From: Heptranchias perlo
Taxonomy: Eukaryota
Direction: 5' to 3'
Length of the DNA: 64,000 nt
NCBI RefSeq assembly: GCF_035084215.1
Contig: NC_090345.1
Coordinates: forward strand, 42,718,001 to 42,782,000
Below, piece after piece: positions 62,350 through 64,000 of the stretch. Each line of letters starts with the position of its first letter. Position 1 is the first letter of the stretch. The notes under the pieces were generated by a model. That model was not told where the DNA came from and made no database searches. It saw only the letters and a list, made by a program, of their open reading frames with translations. Position numbers and translations under genes: made by a program.

Positions 62350-64000
62350 TATCACTTGTAACAAAGGAAATGCAGTCGTCATGAGGGACTTTAATCTACA
62401 TATATGCTGGGCAAATCAAATTGGCAAAGGTAGTTTGGAAGACAAGTTCACAGAATGTATTCAAGACGGTTTCCTAGAGCAATACATCATGGAACCGAAC
62501 AGGCTATTTTAGATCTTGTATTGTGTAATGAGACAGGGTTAATTAGTAATCTCACAGTAAAAGAACCTCCGGGGAAGAGTGATTATAACGTGATAGAATT
62601 TCACATTGAGTTTGAAAGTAACGAACTTAAGTCAGAAACTAGAGTCTTAAGCTTAAATAAAGCCAATTACGTAGGTATGAGGGGCGAGTTGTCAAAGGTA
62701 GATTGGGAAATTAAGTTAAAGGGTTTGACAGTTGAAAAGCAATGGCAAATATTTTGATATTCTCAACAAATACACATTCCATTGAGAAATAAAAACTCCA
62801 TGGGAAGAGTGATCCACCCGTGGCTAAAGAAGTTAAGGAGAGTATTAGATTGAAAGACGAGGCCTATAAAGTTGCCAAGGAGAGTAATAAGCCTGGGGAT
62901 TGGGAAAGTTTTAGAAACCAACAAAGGACAACCAAAAAATTGATAAAAAGGGAGAAAATAAAATATGAAAGTAAACTAGCAAGAAATATAAAAACGGATT
63001 GTAAGAGTTTCTACAAGTATTTAAAAAGGAAGAGAGTAGCAAAAGTAAACATTGGTTCCCTTAGAGGCTGAGACTGGAGAAATTATAATGGGGAACCAGG
63101 AAATGGCAGATGCGTTAAACAAATATTTTGTATCTGTCTTCACAGTAGAAGACACAAAAAGCATACCAAAATAGTGGGGAACCAAGGGGTAAATGAGGGT
63201 GAGGAACTTAAAACAATTAATATCACTAGAGAAAAAGTACTAGGCAAACTAATGGGACTAAAAGCCAACAAATCCCCTGGACCTGATGGCCTACATCCTA
63301 GGGTTCTAAAAGAGGTGGCTGCAGAGATAGTGGATGCATTGGTTAGGATCTTCCAAAATTCCCTAGATTCTGGAGCGGTCCCAGTGGACTGGAAGGTAGC
63401 AAATGTAACCCCTCTATTCAAGAAGGGAGGGAGAGAGAAAACAGGGGACTACAGGCCAGTTAGCCTGACATCAGTCATCGGGAAAATGCTGGAATCCATT
63501 ATTAAGGAAGTAGTAACAGGGCATTTAGTACATCATCATATGATTAGGCAGAGTCAACATGGTTTTATGAAAGGGAAATCATGTTTGACAAATCTATTAG
63601 TTTTTTGAGGATAGATAAAGGGGAACCAGTGGATGTAGTATATTTGGATTTTCAAAAGGCATTCGATAAGATGCCACACAAAAGGTTGTTATACAAGATA
63701 AGGGCTCATGGGGTTGGGGGTAATATATTAGCATGGCTAGAGGATTGATTGATGGACAGAAAACAGAGTAGGGATAAACGGGTCATTCTCAGGTTGGCAG
63801 GCTGTAACTTAGTGGGGTGCCGCAAGGATCGGTGCTTGGGCCTCAGCTATTTACAATCTATATTAATGACTTAGATGAAGGGACCGAGTGTAATGTATCC
63901 AAGTTTGCTGATGATACAAAGCTAGGTGGGAAAGCAAGCTGTGAGGAGGACACAGTCTGCAATGGGATATAGACAGATTAATTGAGTGGGGAGATGGAGT
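62350..64000 (+). mobile_element. CR1-type LINE ORF2 (endonuclease C-terminus to RT), frameshifted, runs off the window (TFAM intron 4)
   Basis: DFNLH, ILDLVLCNE, KSPGPDGLHPRVLKE, YRPVSLTS, QHGFMKGKSCLTNL and KFADDTKL motifs, with stops and frameshifts. Confidence 0.95.

Noticed and set aside
62350-64000. Possible active or domesticated reverse transcriptase
   Set aside because: Multiple frameshifts and stops; an ordinary CR1 copy.

Overview
Vertebrate genomic DNA, almost certainly from a cartilaginous fish (shark-type Deu-SINEs, V-SINEs, CR1/L2 LINE fragments and Penelope-like ends). Three intron-containing genes were reconstructed by hand from splice signals, exon phases and translation. 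CISD1/mitoNEET is complete on the minus strand (3 coding exons, 105 aa). UBE2D1 is complete on the plus strand (7 coding exons, 147 aa). TFAM is on the plus strand with exons 1-4 present; the rest lies beyond the window. CISD1 and UBE2D1 are head-to-head, about 4.8 kb ATG to ATG, separated by a G-rich tract containing a 213-N gap. The long ORFs in the supplied track (690-4186, 9209-9856, 24894-25712) are translations of tandem repeats, not genes. I found no demonstrable new biological system. The best leads are: a putative minus-strand intron made almost entirely of a 3.3 kb satellite that looks like an expanded polypyrimidine tract; a decayed coding-like stretch at 5.3-6.2 kb with weak collinear resemblance to inositol polyphosphate kinases; an unusually divergent UBE2D1 N-terminus; Penelope-type hammerhead-ribozyme relics; and a perfect CpG-rich 16-bp array inside a MITE-like element. 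Repeat boundaries are approximate, and comparisons to human proteins are from memory.
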